From contig JANXAG010000003.1 in assembly GCA_025062375.1 (NCBI GenBank), positions 35,613-99,612 of the forward strand: 64,000 bases of DNA, written 5' to 3'. The notes beneath the pieces were generated by a model that was given only the letters and a program-made list of their open reading frames with translations, was not told where the DNA came from and searched no databases. This DNA comes from Anaerolineae bacterium (GTDB lineage: Bacteria; Chloroflexota; Anaerolineae; SpSt-600). Made by a program: the position numbers and the translations under genes. Shown piece by piece: positions 60,825 through 64,000 of this stretch. Position 1 is the stretch's first letter, and the number at the start of each line of letters is the position of its first letter.

Positions 60825-61746
60825 CCCCCCTCTTATAGCCATTGTAGGGCCTACAGGAGTGGGAAAAACAGAGCTTGCCCTCTGCGTAGGGAGAACTTTG
60901 CCAGTTGAAGTTATTTCCGCCGATTCTCGCCAGGTTTACAGGTATATGGACATCGGAACAGCGAAGCCAACTCTGGAGGAACGCCTCTTAGTTCCTCACC
61001 ATATAATTGATGTGGTTAATCCAGATGAAACTTTTACCCTGGCTTTGTTCCTGGAAATGGCTCAGAAAGCTCTGGTAGAAATTCTCTCCCGGGGGAAGAT
61101 CCCTTTGCTGGTGGGAGGAACTGGCCAGTATGTCTGGGCTTTCATAGAAGGCTGGGAAGTGCCCCGCGTCCCTCCTTTACCAGAGTTGAGGCAAGAGCTT
61201 TTTCAAGAGGCCAAAGATAAAGGCCCTGATGTTCTCTTCCATCGCCTCCTGGAACTTGATCCCGAGGCGGCTCGTTTCGTAGACCCAAGAAACATCAGGA
61301 GAGTTATAAGAGCCTTGGAAGTATGCCTCACTACGGGAAAACCTTTCTCTCAACTTCGTCGCCGGAGCCCTCCTCCTTTCAGAACTCTTATCCTGGGTTT
61401 AACTCTACCCAGGCCAGAGCTTTATAAACGGATTGATCGGCGAATAGAGCTCATGCTGGAGAAAGGCCTTGTGGCGGAGGTGGATAGCCTTCTTAAAATG
61501 GGTTATTCCCTGAGTCTCCCTTCAATGTCTGGGGTTGGATATTTGGAAATAGGACGGTATCTGAAAGGAGAGTTGAGTCTGGAAGAAGCAGTGGCTATCA
61601 TGAAAAAACGCACGAGAAATTTTATCCGTCACCAGTATAACTGGTTCAGATTGAGCGATTCACGCATCCGATGGTTAGAGGCGAGGGAAGGAGCCTGCCA
61701 AAAGGCTATTGAACTTATTCAGGCTTTCCTGGAGGAAATGGATTGA
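60805..61746 (+). CDS. miaA: tRNA dimethylallyltransferase
   Basis: P-loop GPTGVGKT and MiaA family motifs. Confidence 0.9.
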   Translation: MLWRSSNPPLIAIVGPTGVGKTELALCVGRTLPVEVISADSRQVYRYMDIGTAKPTLEERLLVPHHIIDVVNPDETFTLALFLEMAQKALVEILSRGKIPLLVGGTGQYVWAFIEGWEVPRVPPLPELRQELFQEAKDKGPDVLFHRLLELDPEAARFVDPRNIRRVIRALEVCLTTGKPFSQLRRRSPPPFRTLILGLTLPRPELYKRIDRRIELMLEKGLVAEVDSLLKMGYSLSLPSMSGVGYLEIGRYLKGELSLEEAVAIMKKRTRNFIRHQYNWFRLSDSRIRWLEAREGACQKAIELIQAFLEEMD

Positions 61747-63620
61747 GAATTTTGAAGATTACACTGCTGCTGACCTTTGCGCTGGCTTTACCCTTAAATT
61801 TAGCCTGGGAACTCAATGCCCAGGCCCCGCCCGTTCCAGTTCTCATCCCTCTCAACATACCAAAAGAAGTCAGGCTTAATTCTCTGGCTGTGGACGTGAT
61901 AGTTCGCAGAGAGCCCTTATCTTTGGACTTTTCCTGCTCTTATCGTTTTGAAAACACCCACAAGCTTGAAGCTCAAACTATCTCCCTTCAAGGGAGCTTA
62001 CCGAAATCGGCTAAGAAAGCTCTGTTGAAACGAGGCCAAGAAGTCTTGGATTGGGAAAAGCCTGTGGAGATTACTTTAGAGCCTGGCTCAAAGGAGGTGA
62101 TAACTTTACAGAGTTCCGTGCTCATTACAGGTTATCCTACGATTAACATTTCCTACCCTCTTCCCCAGGGCTTTCCCGGAAAAATTGAAAGTATAAGAGT
62201 CACTGTGCATTTACCTACCCTTACCGCGCTGGAGGAAATTGTCCAGGCTGAGCCGAAAGGTTTTGAATTTGATGGCTTCAGGCTAACATGGCGCTGGATT
62301 AAAGAGCCTTTTCCGCCAGAGATAAAGCTCTCTCTAATGGTTCCCTCTCTGCAGGACAGGATCAGGGAGCTGAGGGGTAAAGCCGATGCACTTTCCCTTT
62401 ACGAAATCGGAACCATTTTCCGAACTCTGGCTATGGCTCTGCCTCCAGATTCGGAAGTTTTTGAGCGGTTTTACCGGGAAGCCGTGGCATACCTGGAAAA
62501 AGCGCGTTCAATGGATCCGACCCTCCATCGGGTTTCTTTAGATCTGGCTGCTCTTTATTACCACAGAGCTTTTCTGAGCGATGGTTCGGTGGACGTGCCC
62601 ACCCTCGCTTTAGCTGCCCGTGAGATGGAAGAAGCTATAAAAGCAGGAGCTCCCGAGAGAACCTTGGCATGGACCTTACAAAGCATATACCTAACCCTGA
62701 GCCAGGAGTTTCAGAAAGAAGGACTCTACAGAGAAGCCATAGCTTATCTAGATAAATCCAAATTCCTGGCAGAAAGGGGTTACCCAGTCCCCGCAGGAAC
62801 AGGGCAAGTAACTCAACTCAAGCGAGAATTGAGTGCCCTCCTGGCTATAAAGTTTCTGGAAGACGGAGAGTCGCAACAGGCAATTTCAATTGTAAACGAA
62901 GTTCTTGGCCGGGATTTCTGGGAAATCCTCGGGGCAAAACTTCCCCTCTGTCGTTCGGCAAAGGCGCTGGTGAAAGTGAAGCCTGGCACCGGAGAACTGG
63001 AGTGCTCCTGCGCTCTCGGACCGCTGTTTAATCCCCAGGATCCTGACCTGGTAGCCTTGCCTCCGCACAAGAGCGGTAATTTTGTTGTTAAAATAAATTT
63101 TCCCCTTGGAAAGAAATTTGCTCCCGAAAGAGAGGAGATAGCCAGTCGTTTTCCGGTAAGAAGCGATTTTGCCCTTTGCCTGGCTGCCCTTAGATCTTCC
63201 ACCATTGAGTGGGATGAGCGTTCAGAATTCCTGGGAAAGCGTTACTTTCTTGAGGGAGAGATTGATACTTCCGAGGCTCTGAGTCTTATAGAATTGGAGT
63301 TAGCAGCCCTGAGGAAGAGGGAGAGTCAACTGGCTTCAGAAAGGGTTCTTGAATCCGAAGCCCTTAAGAAGCTTGCCCTCAAAATTTTAGAGATTGGGAT
63401 TAAGGAGCTGGAAACCCTCAGGGTCAACTCTTCTCTGGAACTGGAATTAGGCATAGGAGGGCAAGAACAGAGGTGGTTTATAAAGCCGGGAGGGAGGATT
63501 TCTTTCCAGAGGGAATTTCTAAGATTTTATCCGTGGGTTAAACCTGTAGTATTTCTGCTGGCCCTCACAGCTGTAATCCTTATGCTTGTCCTACTGTGGA
63601 AGCTCAAGGTGCCGGCTTAG
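61743..63620 (+). CDS. hypothetical 625-aa protein with signal peptide, helical repeat region and C-terminal TM anchor
   Basis: The ORF overlaps the miaA stop by 4 nt. N-terminal signal, C-terminal hydrophobic helix (VVFLLALTAVILMLVLLW). No recognisable catalytic motif. Confidence 0.4.
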   Translation: MRILKITLLLTFALALPLNLAWELNAQAPPVPVLIPLNIPKEVRLNSLAVDVIVRREPLSLDFSCSYRFENTHKLEAQTISLQGSLPKSAKKALLKRGQEVLDWEKPVEITLEPGSKEVITLQSSVLITGYPTINISYPLPQGFPGKIESIRVTVHLPTLTALEEIVQAEPKGFEFDGFRLTWRWIKEPFPPEIKLSLMVPSLQDRIRELRGKADALSLYEIGTIFRTLAMALPPDSEVFERFYREAVAYLEKARSMDPTLHRVSLDLAALYYHRAFLSDGSVDVPTLALAAREMEEAIKAGAPERTLAWTLQSIYLTLSQEFQKEGLYREAIAYLDKSKFLAERGYPVPAGTGQVTQLKRELSALLAIKFLEDGESQQAISIVNEVLGRDFWEILGAKLPLCRSAKALVKVKPGTGELECSCALGPLFNPQDPDLVALPPHKSGNFVVKINFPLGKKFAPEREEIASRFPVRSDFALCLAALRSSTIEWDERSEFLGKRYFLEGEIDTSEALSLIELELAALRKRESQLASERVLESEALKKLALKILEIGIKELETLRVNSSLELELGIGGQEQRWFIKPGGRISFQREFLRFYPWVKPVVFLLALTAVILMLVLLWKLKVPA

Positions 63621-64000
63621 AGCCGATTATTGGCCATCCCTTTGTCTGGGCATAAGAAGCCAGCTCCGGATCAGGATAAACAGCTACAGGATGGCCCACC
63701 AGTTCCAGAAAGGGGAGGTCGTGAAAGCTGTCGGAATAAGCGTAGCTTCGGGATAAATCTATTGATGGATGTAAAGTTAGGAAGGCTTTCACTTTTTCGG
63801 CCTTACCCTCTCCGAAGCAAAGGGGGCCTTTAATCCTACCGGTAAGTTTTCCGTTTTTAACCTCAAGCTCTGTCCCAATAACTCCATCGGCTCCTAATTT
63901 ATCGCCCACAAGCTTTATCAGCGGCTCAAAAGAGCCGGAAGCTATCACCAACATACGGCCTTCGCCCCGATGTTTTTCCCAAAGGGACAAAATTTCCGGA
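63604..64000 (-). CDS. HAD-superfamily (subfamily IB-like) hydrolase, C-terminal portion (N-terminus outside the window)
   Basis: ..YSDSFHDLPFLELVGHPVAV.. (HAD motifs III/IV region). The ORF runs off the window edge. Confidence 0.45.
   Translation of the reverse strand, partial: PEILSLWEKHRGEGRMLVIASGSFEPLIKLVGDKLGADGVIGTELEVKNGKLTGRIKGPLCFGEGKAEKVKAFLTLHPSIDLSRSYAYSDSFHDLPFLELVGHPVAVYPDPELASYAQTKGWPIIGSKPAP

Noticed and set aside
1-64000. Search for tRNA, rRNA or tmRNA genes
   Set aside because: No T-loop/acceptor-like GGTTCGAATCC-type signatures or rRNA-like segments were seen by eye. Absence cannot be proven without tRNAscan or Infernal.

Overview
This 64 kb window is a gene-dense chromosomal segment of a moderately GC-rich bacterium. 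The gene content (11-subunit nuo operon without nuoEFG, FemAB, Pro/Thr-rich lipoprotein linkers, several GT39/DUF2723-like glycosyltransferases) hints at a Chloroflexota-like organism, but that assignment is inference only. The window is mostly housekeeping and contains the following, in order.

- **B12 uptake locus (300-3516):** a cobalamin riboswitch with a terminator-type expression platform in front of a btuF/btuC/btuD-like ABC importer.
- **Complex I operon (3573-13959, minus strand):** nuoA-B-C-D-H-I-J-K-[103-aa unknown gene]-L-M-N.
- **Repeat (14082-14504):** a three-copy, G/C-rich, hairpin-bearing tandem repeat of about 150 bp, directly upstream of the nuo promoter.
- **Cell-envelope genes:** radC, a LysM lipoprotein, and the cell-shape cluster mreB-mreC-mreD-mrdA(PBP2)-minC.
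- **Central metabolism:** a tungsten-type aldehyde:ferredoxin oxidoreductase, hisS, a short citrate-synthase-like (citryl-CoA lyase-like) protein, an acyl-CoA dehydrogenase and a FemAB-family transferase.
- **Envelope and unknowns:** a secreted FlgD-Ig-like protein, two tandem SPFH/band-7 paralogs, a LarA-like protein with a 2Fe-2S CoxS-like subunit, and a penicillin-acylase family protein.
- **NurA-like pair:** a NurA-like nuclease adjacent to a standalone HerA-type HAS-barrel-like protein with no ATPase domain.
- **Secretion and envelope:** secDF, a GT39/DUF2723-like membrane glycosyltransferase, an orphan pstS, and a GH-A glycosidase-like::O-antigen-ligase fusion.
- **Redox and cofactor genes:** an M20 peptidase, a GNAT, a Tat-exported DUF362 protein coupled to a NapH-like polyferredoxin, a B12-binding radical SAM protein, and a split methylmalonyl-CoA-mutase operon (large subunit / Rpn-YhgA-like PD-(D/E)XK nuclease insertion / B12 subunit / meaB).
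- **Right end:** an unannotated 57-aa membrane peptide, yraN, miaA, a large secreted hypothetical protein and a partial HAD-like hydrolase.

I found no tRNA or rRNA genes and no CRISPR array. The most unusual items are the NurA-like/HAS-barrel-only pair, the structured tandem repeat abutting the nuo promoter, the extra gene inside the nuo operon, and the DUF362-polyferredoxin module.
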